A stretch of 63,174 nucleotides of DNA, filler included, from Choristocarpus tenellus KU-1152 (Eukaryota; Protista; Phaeophyceae), in the NCBI GenBank assembly GCA_964200185.2. It is 10 parts of 10 records of this genome, joined end to end, with 100 filler letters (N's around TTAATTAATTAA, not from the genome) between each part and the next. Parts side by side here need not be neighbours in the genome. Positions count along the whole stretch, not along the records: positions 39,159 to 49,062 come from CAXNAD020003293.1; positions 49,163 to 59,600 come from CAXNAD020002931.1; 8 more parts are not named here. One strand, given 5' to 3'. Every line of letters starts with the position of its first letter. Position 1 is the stretch's first letter. Below the pieces are notes generated by a model that saw only the letters and a list, made by a program, of their open reading frames with translations, made no database searches and was not told where the DNA came from. This document shows, in pieces, positions 39,059-52,400 of the stretch. Made by a program: the position numbers and the translations under genes.

Positions 39059-39158
39059 NNNNNNNNNNNNNNNNNNNNNNNNNNNNNNNNNNNNNNNNNN
39101 NNTTAATTAATTAANNNNNNNNNNNNNNNNNNNNNNNNNNNNNNNNNNNNNNNNNNNN
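39059..39158. other. Artificial contig linker
   Basis: N44-TTAATTAATTAA-N44. Confidence 0.98.
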
Positions 39159-39198
39159 CAAATGGACAGCAGCCACCCCCTCCCAGATACCTTGTGCC
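39159..39198 (+). mobile_element. MITE family B right end at contig start
   Basis: CAAATGGACAGCAGCCACCCCTCCCAGATACCTTGTGCC. Confidence 0.78.
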
Positions 39199-40579
39199 AG
39201 TGTTATGTTACTAGACAGCTAGATGCGACACTAGACGAGTCAGAGTCAATATTGGTTGAAGACTCCATGTCCTCTGTAGACTCGTGACCTTGGACCTCTT
39301 CCTCTGGTGTTCTGGATGGTTCCAGATGTGGAGTCAAGCGCTCCTGTGCACAACGTCTTCGTCTCAATCTTGAATTCGGCATATTTCGTCCGTGGTCAAA
39401 CAAAAAATTCATCGTCACCTTATTTCTGAGGTCACCGGTGTGACCAATGTGAATCATGTGATTCTTTGGCGGCATGGTTCACTCAGGGAAGGGTGGCGAA
39501 GAGAATCACCGGGCAAGACGGACCAGACGAACAAAGATGAATCGTAACCAAGGGTACGAGATTAAGGTTGGACAAGTGCAAAACGAGGTGTGATGACCAT
39601 CTTCAAAGATGGGGCTTCATCACCACAAGTCAAGACGGGAGAACAAAGTGGATCTTCCATGCGTGACAACTCTGAATGACGAGCTGTCCCAAGTCTGTGG
39701 GATTGGTCTCATGAAGAGATTCCGTGGTTTCATTCTGACGGAAGGTCTGCCAGTGGAATCATGGATGCTTGACAAGGAACCTCAATCGGTATAACGATAT
39801 AACAGTATGATGGTATGACGATATGGCGGTATGGCGGTATGACTACAGATGAACGTCCTTTCCAAATTTTTGAGATATATGAATAGAATTTTAACATCGG
39901 AATTAAAAGTTTGCTTCTCTGTGTTTGTTAAAAAAAAGCACCTGTTCTTACATCACAAATAAACATACACAATGGAATTGAATTTATCACGTCCTCTTGT
40001 AGTGTGATATTTTACATGCAGCGGTCCTTGCACCCTACATACAAACACAATCAACAACGAGCCCACATTCATCTCTCCCAGATATCGTACTTAGGAGGAA
40101 ATTGATATGACATTCTGCACTCCATAAAGAACATAATTATATCCCTCAAAAATACAAACGCGAATATATACCTGCAAACAACTCGTCCCCTTGCATGCTC
40201 TAGTACATACAACGCACAAGTAGTCTCCCTTCACGCCCTCAGATGTATTGATGAGGCCCCAAGGTCAATTGACAAACAGATATGGCTTACGGTACATAAG
40301 ACATACTCTCTCGTACTTCGTAACACATTCCAACTACCAAGGCGATAAACCTACAAGAGAGATAATCCCTATAACCCACACTTCATAACAGCAACACCAA
40401 ACACACGACTCAAGAAATAGACGTACAAACATCCTACTTTTGCAACATCATCACACAGTCCCATCTAAATCTAAGCACTAAGAACATATATCCAAAGTGC
40501 AGGATATGCCATATTCCATTAAAATAAGACCAACTCTCCATGACTAAAGACACTCAAATATACAATTTTTCCAACACTT

Positions 40580-40641
40580 GATCAGGATCCAAATGGACAC
40601 CCCAGTGCAGACCCCCCCCCCCACCACACGTACTTTGGCTC
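40580..40641 (-). mobile_element. MITE family B fragment with family-A-type tip
   Basis: Reverse complement reads GAGCCAAAGTA..(G)nTCTGCACTGGGGTGTCCATTTGGATC. Confidence 0.6.
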
Positions 40642-42563
40642 TATGATACATACATCATCATGATCTCAACACAAGACATACCTTCTCTTATTGCCTGTGA
40701 CAACTGGCGCTATATAGCATGCCCCACAAGCAAAGACATGGTCCAAAGCATCCAGGGCTTACGATCACAGCCTGGCCCACAGCTTGACCATGTTATTACA
40801 GTTAATAGTTATGGATTGGCCCTTTACTAGATCAGATTACATTGAAGTAAGGGAGCGGGCTCGTTATGTCCAGGTGGGTGACTCGAGTGACAACCATGTT
40901 CAAAATATTATCACTAACAAAATATCTATAACATTCATATCTGCTGTAGATGTCGCCTTGCAGCACCAGAAACAATGTTGGCAGTGTTGGACACAAGTCA
41001 GGTCATAAGTAGACCTTCGTCCTGTTGCCACCAAAAGTCTTACCCCGTCTTCACATAATCCTCACCATCTACTTAAAGGAGCTGGGTACATCAAAGTCAC
41101 AAAAATATGGACATTCTTGCGTGGGTGGGCGACTTGCTGTGCATTCATCAATTAAACATAAGAAAAACGTACGTGATAGAATTAAAGAGTCTACATAGAT
41201 GAGAATGAAGGTTTCAAAAAAATTAAGAACCAGTCACACAAGCCCCACCATTGCCAGAGCCGAGGAGATCACCTATCCATTTCCCACCAAACATGCCCCC
41301 ACAACCATACTTGCCACCTCCCTAACTGTTCAAATATTACTCCTGGTCTACTACTCCCCCAAATAACAGTATCACCAAAAACACTGGCCAACCGAATCCC
41401 CTTACCCTGGACACCACTTGTCCTCCCCATCCACTGATAATGTCCTCCAACTCACACATTTGCATCAAATATAACTATCATCACTGTGCCCAATCAGAGC
41501 GTAAGGGATAATGGGCATCAGAGCATAGTTGTGCTAGGAGGTTGTCCAATCCCTTCTTAGCTGCATAGCCATGCTATCAATGACCACATCTCATTGTGTC
41601 ACTGGAATTTGGTCAACCACATATACTGGGAAGGATCAACGAAAATCTTTACCCAAAAATTGTACATTTGAGAATTGTTCAAGGGGCATCACTGACCTCT
41701 CTGCTCAGCTCTAAACCCCATTTGATCACCTTCTTCTAGAAAGCGGGTAGGCACAGTGACTAGAGCTACAACTGGAATGAGAAGCTCGGCTTAAGTCACA
41801 GATATCAACACCAGGTGGTGGAAGAGACTGCCCCATTTCTGAGCAGACATATCATCTCATGATGAAGATGGTTGAAGAGCTTGGTTGAGACTGGACATTA
41901 TTGGTGGGAGTGACAGTAGCAACACAATTTGGAGATCCTCAGAAAGCAGCAGCATTTTCTTTGGGTGCGATAGACATCCTGTCAGTGGAAACAGGCCTGG
42001 GAAACTAAGCATCTTCCGACTTGCTTGCGAGAAAGGCAATCAGCCGAGGTAGATGACCCTGTCATACTATTCCTCCGAATTTCATTGACCGGTCTGTATC
42101 TCTGGTCAAAATTGCTTGGAGCTACAAAGAGAGGTAGGCAAATACCTCGAGAATTTGATAGAGTTATCCAGTTCTAGGTGAGGAGAATTAATAGCGCCGA
42201 TCTGGAATACCTGCCAAGTACTAAGGAAGAGCCGCATTACTTCCCTCTTAAACTGTTGTCCATGACTTTCTGGAACATCACTCACACCAGGGCTCCAATT
42301 CAACATCACTATCAAGCGATGGTCCATACTCTTGCTTCCTTCTTGTCTTGATCCTGATAGTGACATCAAAGGAGGTCTTGGGAGGACAAGGGTTCAGCAA
42401 GACTGCGTAGCACACCCTTCCTTTGAAACCAAATACGCAAAGGTGCTTACAAAAATGCTACTATCATGGTACTCCGAACAGTATTCCTAAGCCAATTGAC
42501 AAAAGGGTGGAAAGGTGTCCTCAACAGACAGTTTTGATACATCGCTACAGTTTGTGCTGCCTT

Positions 42564-45500
42564 CTAATCTATCTTCGTGTGTATACTTTTCACAGGGCAA
42601 TTAGCTTCATCTGCCCCTGGGCTGAGCCTTGAGCCATGCCTATCTCCATCACCTTCACCTGTACATGCCACACCAGGCTTGCGCTTGGCCCATAGACTGG
42701 CAAGATCCCCAACAAAATCTCGTTCACAGACTAAAAACACCCTCCCCACACAACCCAGGCATACCACCCCAATCCCGAGATGCCTTCCTGCTGTGCCCCA
42801 GGCATCCATTTCCGCTCCACTCCCTGTTGAGGAGAAAGCTCCTGTCACAAAAAAGGACAACCCCATTGCCCCTAAAACATAGGGATGGGGAAGGGCTCCC
42901 ATAATCAAGCCTTCCAATGGTTTAGCACCCCCAACACCTGTTGCACCCCCAGGTGTCCTCTGAGAGGTACACCTCCCCGTATCCCTGCAAAAGTATCGGC
43001 GAATGAAATAGGAACTACAGAGCACACGGCAGGCCATGCCGACTGTGTTTGCCATGACAAGCCCACGTGTTCCAAATCTGTCGAGGAGGGGAGGAAGTAT
43101 CCATGTGAGGAAAGTAACTGACTGAGAGGGTTGGCAGACGCGAATGGAGAAACTGTGCCATGGAACAGTACAATGTACTCCAGTCATCTCAAGGTCTCGA
43201 GAAAGGGAGGAATGGTCCAGTTGGAATGATAGAAAGGATTCTGCACTATTGAGTGCGACATATCCTTCATATTTCCTTGGCGATTGTGTTGGCACAAGTA
43301 TTCACAACAGATAGCACCCTCCTGGGATCCCTACGAGGTCAATCTTTGTAGCCCCTGTGACTGCTCAATTTGAGATGTCTAAACAATACCGTTTGACAAA
43401 ATGGGCGGTATCAGTGGCTTAGTCAATCTTCTTTGCAAGAAATGACCTCCTTCTACAAGAAAAATGGCCTTAGTACACACCCACACACCCTACTCAACAT
43501 AGCCCAATCAGATAATCATATATGTAGAGCAACAGCATAGGTCCATTCCACCTCTTGTCCCTTCCCTTGCAAGAGGAAAAAGCCCAATGGTTGTACTCTA
43601 CAGATCTCAGCGACAATTTAGAGGGGAAGTAAATTGAGTGAAAAATCTCACCTGCTCATTAGTGGCCCCACAACGGCCCAGAATGCCACAAATGAGGCCA
43701 CAAGACCAGCACCCATACCCTCAACCTGGTTCCGCCGAGCAACAGCCCCAACAAAGGCCTCACACATCCCATTTGCAGCAAGGAACAGGACATAAATGCA
43801 GTACCACGACAACACTCGGGCAACCTCAGATGCCGCCACAGCAGCAGCAGTTGAGGTTGACTCACCCAGCCCTCCACGGCGCATCAGTAGTATTCGCAAG
43901 AGCAGCTCGGTGTAATTGAAACCAAAACACACAAACACGAGCCCCACCATCAGCACTAGCTTCAGCAAGGTTGCCAGCAGGAGCGCTATCTTCATTCGAT
44001 CGACCTCCCTACCTCCAGCTTTTGAGTCTTCTATCTCCTCTTCAGCCCCAAGCTTACTAAACATGAGCCGTGCAGCCTCTTCCAGGGGCTGAAACAGAAG
44101 CCGCGCTGCCAGCGAGCCATAGGCGTTGGCCACAGCATACACCCCTTGATCATGGAGCGATGATCTTGCCCCCAGGTCAGTTGTTATCCCATTTCCAGGT
44201 CCAGTCGCTACCACATTACTGCTATTACCAGATGCATGAGCAAGCACAATTTTATCTCCTTCTGTCAGCACGTGCTTGAGAAGAGACTGTGCTGTTAAAG
44301 ATTTTGCCAGCTCAACCTGGATTTGGTTGAACCAGCCTTCTCCCTTTGTTGTCTCCACCCCTGACTCTTCTGGTGTCTGCTGTATGGTTGGGTTTTGTGG
44401 CAACCATGCCTGTACACTGGCAAAGTCTCCATCACCATCAGAGCTGCCCCCGCTACCCCTACTTGCAGTAGTCTCACGTCCCACAAACCACAGGTACACA
44501 GCAGCAAGAGTAGCAGAGTGCATGATCTGTGCAAAGCCAAAGGAAGCCACGCCCATGCCAGCTTGTGTTACCAAAAGGAACCGTGATACCCCAAGCACGA
44601 GAACTGCAGCAGCTTCAGCTCGTACTGTTTAAGATTTGACAAGGTGACAATGCAGATATGGAAAGTGTTGGGTATATGGATTGTGGACAGTGGAGGGGCA
44701 GAAAACATGTTGTCTCGGGTGTGCAACAGAGCATTGCTGCAATTTCCATCAGTGACCCCCTGATTTGAGATCGATTATTGTACCTAAGAGCAGAGGGGAT
44801 CACAAAAGGTGTGCTTTATCAAGACCTTCCCCTTCAATCTCCTCATTCGATCCATGCCACTCTCAACCTTCCCCTCTCTCGATCATCATCAGCGACGTGT
44901 GTTCCATACCTCTGACGCTTACAAGGAGACGGTTTTGAAAAATAAGAGACAATGGCTCGCACATTAGTTCCAGTGCTGCAGCTCCACATACCATTGTCAC
45001 CGCCTGGTCTTAATAGTAGCAATCGAGGAGACGGAGACATCGAGCGAGGACGAGCTGAAGATTTCATTTTGAGCGAAGTAGTCAATGTTGTCCTCTGCGC
45101 ATCCTCTCTGAAAAATGTAAGCGGCAATAAGATGGGAAAAAGATTGGCACACATGTATTATACTCCCTCACCTGGCGGTTTTCCTTCACCCCGATGAAGT
45201 CGTCATTGCGAATGACCCATGGGTATAGAGTGTGCACAAGCACAGCAGAGAATAGACCCACAGGAGCTGCCAGCCAGGCAGTATTAACAAGTCTCCGTCT
45301 CATAGATTCATCTGCCCCCTGGGATAAACTCAACACGCGAGAACGGGCAAGAGCCAACCGGAAGGGCTCTCGAGCCAGGAACAACACGGTGGATGAGATG
45401 AGCTCAAGAGTGATACAAGCGGCACCATACTCTTCCAAACCGAAGGAGCGTCCAGCTCTGCCTCCTCGTCCCTGCTCCTCTGCAATCATTTCACGCTGGA

Positions 45501-45830
45501 GGAGAAGGTTGAGCACAAACGTGGAGCCCCGCTGACAAGGAGGGAGAGAATGGATATTCAAAGGGTGGTGCACTAATTAACTGGATACTGTACTTTTGGG
45601 GGCAAGGCATGAGACTTTGGGCTTGTATTCAGCGTCAGTGCATCACCTATCTCTCAGTAACGACCGTTCTGACATACCTGTAGAAAAGCCAGCAACATGA
45701 GAAGAGAACCTCCGCGAACGGCAGCCCCAACAACCGCCTCCTCGACTGAACCATGAGAGTGGGTTAAGGAGCCCTCTTCTTCACAAGGAGCAAATTTCGT
45801 GGTTTTCTCACTGCCATTGCGGACCACCAT
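42564..45830 (-). CDS. RFT1: RFT1, Man5GlcNAc2-PP-dolichol translocation protein (complete, 5 exons, 697 aa predicted)
   Basis: Exons 45830-45678, 45531-45172, 45003-44910, 44624-43652 and 43077-42564 splice GT-AG in frame (2094 nt). Motifs: FLQRGSTFVLN, LELISSTVLFLAREPFR, LELMCEP, QSLLKHVLTEGDK, DQGVYAVANAYGSLAARLLFQPLEE, YCIYVLFLAANGMCEAF, GLVMAN. Confidence 0.95.
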
Positions 45831-46004
45831 GTCTCAGGGTATCTCGTTATATCCTGGAGCATCTGGGCCTACCCGAGCAAGCTGCGTATCCTGAGCACTA
45901 TCTCACCCATGAATCCTCACAAAAACTATGTGCTTGGTGAACAAACATCCCATCCCAACCCTCAAGATGTTAATATATTTTGATGGTCCAATCGTACATT
46001 CCAA

Positions 46005-46077
46005 GCTTGCGGAGCTCCGTTGGTAGAGCGCGGCTCTGATAAAGCCGAGGTCCCGGGTTCGAGCCCCGGCGTGAGTA
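46005..46077 (+). tRNA. tRNA-Ile(GAT), atypical and possibly degenerate
   Basis: 73-nt cloverleaf. D stem GCTC/GAGC; anticodon stem CGGCT/AGCCG with loop CTGATAA; T stem CCGGG/CCCGG with loop TTCGAGC; acceptor GCTTGCG/CGTGAGT with 3 G:U pairs; G8 and C14; no encoded CCA. Confidence 0.85.
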
Positions 46078-46078
46078 C

Positions 46079-46084
46079 TTTTTT
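46079..46084 (+). terminator. RNA polymerase III T-run terminator
   Basis: T6 immediately after the tRNA. Confidence 0.7.
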
Positions 46085-47014
46085 GTGGAGTCTGGCCGTG
46101 TAGTAATTAAGGGCAATTGTTTCTCAACTTTGGGAGGTTCAAACCTTGTCGAAGCGAATCGTTCTTTTTGGAAACCTAGTCCATTAGGGTATCGAAGAAG
46201 ACTGTCAGGTGCAGTAGTCAGCGATAACACAGATGGGCAACTCTCTGTAGATTTGGATCTGCGAGCAACCACCCTTGCCTGACTGGATCCAACTATTTCT
46301 GTCGTTTCTCTCACACGCACTGACTACGATCACATAGGAGGGTGGGCAGGAAGTGTGGGGAGTACGAATTCAGCCCAAAGTATAAGACTGTCCATGGATG
46401 GAGGTTGGGCAACCTTTCAACAGTCCATGACTAGTGAAGGGAAAACAATGTCAGCAGGGGAGGGGACTGTAGTACAGGCGTCTAGGGGAGGAACTATAAC
46501 CTCAGGGTCGACTGACCTGTTCATGGCAGAGCTGTTGAACAAGACGACAAAATCTACGGGTGCAGGCTCCGTGATTTAGCGGGACCAACTGTAAGAGGTG
46601 AGAAAGGGGATGAAGAACCTCTATTGGCTTCAGGAACATTAAGGAAGGACCAGGCAATGTTGCCTAAGATGGGTTCATACACTTTTTTTTACAGACATAT
46701 CAGGTGAGAAAAGGAGAGGATGGTTGAGGTGCCCAAAACTGTGGAGCAGTTAAATAAAATAGAGGCGAAAGGTCCTAGATTTGGACAGGGTGAGAGGCGA
46801 CGTAGGAATTGGGTATTCGGAACTTTTTTCTCAGGGAATTGAATGGAAGGATAAGGGCGATGTGATAGGGGAGGAAGAGGTGCAGGGAAAAAAAAAACAA
46901 GGTCAAGGTACTGCACTCATAAGGTAATAACTGCTAAGGGGCAGTTGGGTCATGATCCTTGAATGAAGAGGCGCTCTCAAAGGGGGTTATGCCTGCTAAG
47001 GAGAAGGCAAATAG

Positions 47015-47284
47015 GAGTGAAAGCATCTTAGAAGGTACAAATTTTGCCTTGTTTGTCCGTTTGGGGCTTGATTTCCCGCGTTTTTCTTAATGACATTTTC
47101 CTACAGCGAAATGTTTCTAAGTAGGTAAAATGTGTACGTTTTTGGAGTAGGTATCATGTATATGTACGGAACAAGGGTATTGACACTTAGTAACAAACAT
47201 GAAATCCAAAATTACATCAAAATCGCAGCTTTGGATTTTGGCCCCCAAACGGATGCCACTCTACCCTCTAAAATACTTCGACTC
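47015..47284 (+). mobile_element. MITE family A, complete but diverged
   Basis: GAGTGAAAGCATCTTAGAAGGTA ... TACCCTCTAAAATACTTCGACTC; no clear TSD. Confidence 0.88.
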
Positions 47285-48099
47285 TCAAGGTTTACAGTCA
47301 AGGTGACTAGTCCTGAGGGGGGGACTTTTCAGGTACGATCTAAGTACCGCACGCATAAGATATTGACTGCCAAGGGGTAGTTGGACGATGATGTGTTACA
47401 GGGAGCAAGTCTAATACAACAGTTTCATTAACACCCTTACGAACTTTCACTGTATGATATGTTCTGTTGAACTTTGTTGAGTAATTATTATTATTTGATC
47501 CCACTGTCATTTCAGTCCTAGATAAGAGAGTCTTTAAACCCCTCTGTGGTTCTCATTTTTTACGATCAAAACAATGAATACTCAGCGTCAGGACCTTAAG
47601 AACTGTTAACTGATGCTCATCTCGGCATCAGCACTTGCTTCCGATATTGTTCATTGAGGGCGGCGGCAGCAAACAAACAAACACGAGAGTTCACTTGAGC
47701 ATTGTTTGCAACAGATCCGTGGCTGAGGAGCAAAGTTCAAAAGGGCTTGCCAGCTAAGGAGCACACAAGTTATGGTTTGGAGCAAGGTGTATTTCCTATT
47801 GTGGTGCTGTCGTTAAAGAATGGGAGAGTCAGAGGGCAGTATCTGCCAAGAGGCAGTTGGGCTACGACAAGCGGCTGGGGAGTCAGACTAAAAAGGGGTT
47901 ACTTGCCAAGGAACAAGCATGTGCCCTTTTCTAGCTAGGTATCCCTGTCCATAGTGAGCACCTCCCAGTGAGAGGGGGAGTCAGGATTCGGAGTTAAAAC
48001 TAGGGCTCATACGTAATATCAGAGGATCATGAAGGGGTGTAATCAGAATGAGGTTGGACAGAGTCAAAAGGAAAGGGATGAGATTTGGGAGACAGGAGC

Positions 48100-48155
48100 A
48101 TCTCAAAAAGAGAATGACGTACTATGTATCTCAAAAAGAGAATGACGTACTATGT
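48100..48155 (+). repeat. Perfect 28-bp tandem duplication
   Basis: ATCTCAAAAAGAGAATGACGTACTATGT x2. Confidence 0.95.
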
Positions 48156-48414
48156 AGTAGGTGGTTATGGACCAGTTGCATATTGGGGGGGGGGAAAGAT
48201 TCACCGACTGAGAGTGTTGGCCGAAATGACAAGAAATTTGCTGGAAGATACTCAAGGAGATGTTAGGGGCAGTGGCAAGAACCGTAGAAGGGGGGCTCTT
48301 AGCTCCTTACGTCGAGCTTTTCAAAAATATTTTGGGAAAAAGAAGGAATCCCCGTGCGTCGACAAGTTGGTATCAGTAACAGAAGACAGGTTGCGGTATT
48401 CATTCACGTGTATT

Positions 48415-48722
48415 TGTTACAGGCGATATGTCTTGATGGCGGTTTCATAAACACCATTATGACATTGAAGTTCTAGAATTGATATATTTGTACTTCTTGA
48501 TTATTTATTTATTACTTGATCATTATGGTCTCCGACTGTGATAAGACATCGTTGATCAGTTCCTTTCTTATACAATGATATTGATGATAATTCAAGTGAG
48601 AGATCCAGCATACTTGACGACTTGTGCATCAGGAGTCCTATACGCACATCAGTATCATCTATAAGCCCGTAGATTGGAGCTATTCATCCTGTGGAGGTAA
48701 GCTTTCGGGGGCGCCTGTAACA
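48415..48722 (+). mobile_element. Solo LTR-like element, family D relative (308 bp)
   Basis: Perfect 11-bp inverted termini TGTTACAGGCG/CGCCTGTAACA; 4-bp TSD TATT. Confidence 0.85.
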
Positions 48723-48998
48723 TATTTAGGCTCTGAAGGCAGCTTTATAGCATACGGAAACCACGTGAGTGCCAATAAAGGAGACATCGGAACGAGGTAG
48801 GTTGTTACGTTTTATTGGTGGTGTGGATACTTGTTTTCCTGAAGGAGAGTGCATTTAACGTACCAGGTAGGGCTAGGGTTAGGTAATTGGGAGGTCCCTT
48901 TTTAGGTGTCGTGTGGAAACCGAACAAGGTCAGGATAATTTACGACTTTAGCTTTGGGGAGGCAGAAACATTTGGGATATGGGGGGTGTTAATGGAGA

Positions 48999-49062
48999 GA
49001 CCCAAAGTATCTGGGAGGGGGGGGGGGGTCCACACCAGGTTGTCCATTTGGACCAAAATCAG
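48999..49062 (+). mobile_element. MITE family B, truncated by contig end
   Basis: GACCCAAAGTATCTGGGA(G)nTCCACACCAGGTTGTCCATTTGGA. Confidence 0.85.
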
Positions 49063-49162
49063 NNNNNNNNNNNNNNNNNNNNNNNNNNNNNNNNNNNNNN
49101 NNNNNNTTAATTAATTAANNNNNNNNNNNNNNNNNNNNNNNNNNNNNNNNNNNNNNNNNNNN
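49063..49162. other. Artificial contig linker
   Basis: N44-TTAATTAATTAA-N44. Confidence 0.98.
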
Positions 49163-49240
49163 TGTTTTGGGTGGGGCTTAGGTTTGAGGGGGATTTTTTT
49201 TTTATTGGGTGGCGGGGGGTTAAGGGGGGGGGGGGGGGGG

Positions 49241-49402
49241 GGTGGTTTGTGGGGGCATCCGTTTCGGTCCGGACGAAGTACTCAAAAATCATTGGAATTG
49301 CTATCTTCAGTCACGGAGAGAGATGGACTGAAGATAGCAATTCCCATGATTTTTGAGTATTTCGTCGTCCGGATCGAAACGGACGCCCCCTCACAAACCA
49401 CC
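49241..49402. repeat. Long inverted repeat / foldback element
   Basis: Arms 49241-49312 and 49326-49402 are near-complementary; 13-nt loop. Confidence 0.92.
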
Positions 49403-52400
49403 ATCCCCTACATTACTTGCACTCGGTCACCGTCCTTGTATGAAATATTTTGGCCTAAAACGCATTAAGGATGTACGCTTGGCGCTTGAGTGGGTGTTAG
49501 GCTATGTTGTTATGACTCAGGGAGGTTGTCCTCTGGGTTCAAATCCTGGAGTCTGCCTGGTTGCCGCCGCTTGGTTAGGGTGTGTGTTCAGGGAATCACA
49601 GTTCATACAGTAGCTTCAGCAAGCTGGGAAGAGCTGAAGTTTAGAAATCCTTGTCGAAATGTGACTCTCGATACATGCATGTATTTCTCCCTGCATCTCC
49701 AACATAATTCACATCTATTTTAATATATGTATGCGATGTAAGCTATTGTGTCATCAGGTCGATCAATGTGCTGTGTAACGACATTGCATTCAAAGCTCGT
49801 CACGTAACAAGAATAAAAATTCAGGTAACCCGCATAAGGGCAAGGAGTGATGCAGGCTTTGTGTTTCTGATGGGATGATGAAAAAATACAGGCATGTTTG
49901 CAAAAGAGAAAAAGAGCTCTACTACTTCCAAGACATTGTTTCAATAGTTGAATATTGTAGGTGAGTATAACAGCAGTATAGCAATTAGATGTTGGGGTCA
50001 CGTCACGTTCCTTGTTGTGGAAGTACTGTTTTTGTGAAACCTCGATCCTCGACAATGAAGAACAAAAATGTTGCCCCTCGTTTTCTTCTTTTTATTTTTA
50101 AAACGAAAGATATCTCTGCACATAACATTATGGACAAGTCGCTAAATTGCCGTATGAGAATAAGGTTCAACTTCCTTGTAGGGCACACCTAGACCTAGGT
50201 TCCCTAGATGTTACATTGTTTCAGACATCATACTTTCCACTATTACCATGATTTATTGTGTGATAGTTGCTGACAATGCTTGTGTCTCCGTTTTTGTCGC
50301 CATCGCTACTACTACTGTTGTTCTTGCTGCTGACATCCCAGGTATCCTACACAAGGATATGTTTTTTCTGTTGAGGGCATAGAAAGGGGTTGGGCGGAAA
50401 AACCACATCACACTTCATCATCGTCGTTTACTATTTCTTCAAACAACTAGTATTTTCACTGCAAACTCAACGAGGGGAGGAGTGTGCCCCACATATCCCT
50501 TGTGTACATGAGATATCATATTCAAACATAGCATAGTCGGGAACACTCAGTTATTTCTAGTTCATTCAACGTGTATCAGGAACCAAACAATGTTTTAAGG
50601 ATACATTACCCCTTCTTTGTCACTGTGTCAAATTGACTGATTCTATTGTCGGATCCCAAATTTGATACAACATAATACGGCAATTCGTACTCTGTGGTTC
50701 TTGCTTACTTATTGACGCACAGCGTGTCCCAATACTTCTTCGTATGGGGTTTCTAGTTTCCATCAAGGTGTAAACAGGGCAGAGCACATCGAGGAATACA
50801 CCAGAACTATACACAGCGCATTCATATGGACTGCACCTTCGGCATCAACAGAAAATAGACCAAAGCAGTCTATTAGTGTCATAGAAAATGCGCAGGACAA
50901 CGGCAGGAAATGATCGATGCCCAAATTCGCTCACTGTACACCATACCTCACCAAACTAGCGCCTACATACATATATATATATTCATTCAAGTTGGGTTCA
51001 AGTTTTCAGGTTGTGTGTGTATCTAGAAACTATGTGCAGAGAGGTCTGTAAAGAACCCCCCCGAAAGACGTAATTTCTCTCCCCTTCAAAGTTTGACGTG
51101 CATGTGATATATCATACATTCAGAAAGTACCCTTTACTTGTTTCTGTGATACTACCGATAATTGATTTACTTGTGTAGTGTATCTTCATAGAAAAATTGC
51201 CGCACACGTTCTGCCTAAAAGTACTTGAGGAAGTGCCATCCCTTGAAGCATACGCACACAGGCACGTCAAATTTCATGTTTGGGGCGTAGACTAAATTGT
51301 AGTTGTACAGTGGAGTCCAGTGCATGTTATACTCATGAAAAGCACGAAAACGATACACCGAATACGAGCCACCGATTCCTGAATCAAATCATGATTAACA
51401 TAAAAAATTTCTTCGAGATGTATGGAAAGGAAGGCTATTATGGGACAAGAAGAATGCGATATGTATGGTCACTTGGCGTAGCATGACATAAGAAAAACAC
51501 AAATACTGTAAATGTGGTCCGTTATTTGCTACGATGAATACATGTCTCCGCATTGTGGTGCCAAACTATGATTGATGAGGACACAGGAGCGCATGATGAT
51601 ACAGTGGAGGTGGGAGGTGGGTGGGGGGGTGTTGTAAGACAAGGCTGACCTGTAGAGCCACTATTGCAACCATTAGGACAAGTAGCACGACCTCCACAGC
51701 AAGTATAGCAAGGAGATAATCCCTCTCTCTCTCCGACTGATGAAGGGCTACCTGTACAGCCAGGAAGGAAGCAATGTGTGTAAGATTTTGAAGGATCTTT
51801 ACATCTCAGGAATCGTAAGCAATCTTCACAACATAGAATGAAAAGGTATATCAGCATTAATGACATGATTCATTGATGGGTAGAAAGACTAAATGGAAAA
51901 CAATTTTGGTACTTGCAATTCAAGCACATCTCTACAGTTAGGTACGATGTATATCCAGTTGTTCCCTACTTTAAATACTACAATTTTGTAACCCCGTGAA
52001 AATATATATACCAAAGTACAAAGATTAATTCGTATCAACTGTGTATCACAAGAATGCAATTCTATTGTAACATTATTATCCCCTTTGCCATGCACTACCC
52101 CCACAAAAAACTTATGTGTTACCAAGTTTGATGGAATGTTGATAACGCAAAATTGCTGATCTATATTTGAACAGACTCATTCATCCACCGTATAATACTA
52201 CATTTTAAAATCCTTTGAAAATCACTATTAGGACAACTCTATGCTTACATCTGTTGTGACTACAATGGCAGAGGTACACTCTACCACGAACACATATAAT
52301 TCAATACTTACGTGATGGACACCAACCTATATGCTCTAGCATGAGCCAACAAATTTATTGAAATTTTGAACACTCAAAGTAATTTCTCACTGAAAAATTT

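Noticed and set aside
39203-39790. Possible Gypsy chromodomain remnant
   Set aside because: Only a faint resemblance across frameshifts; not supportable by eye.
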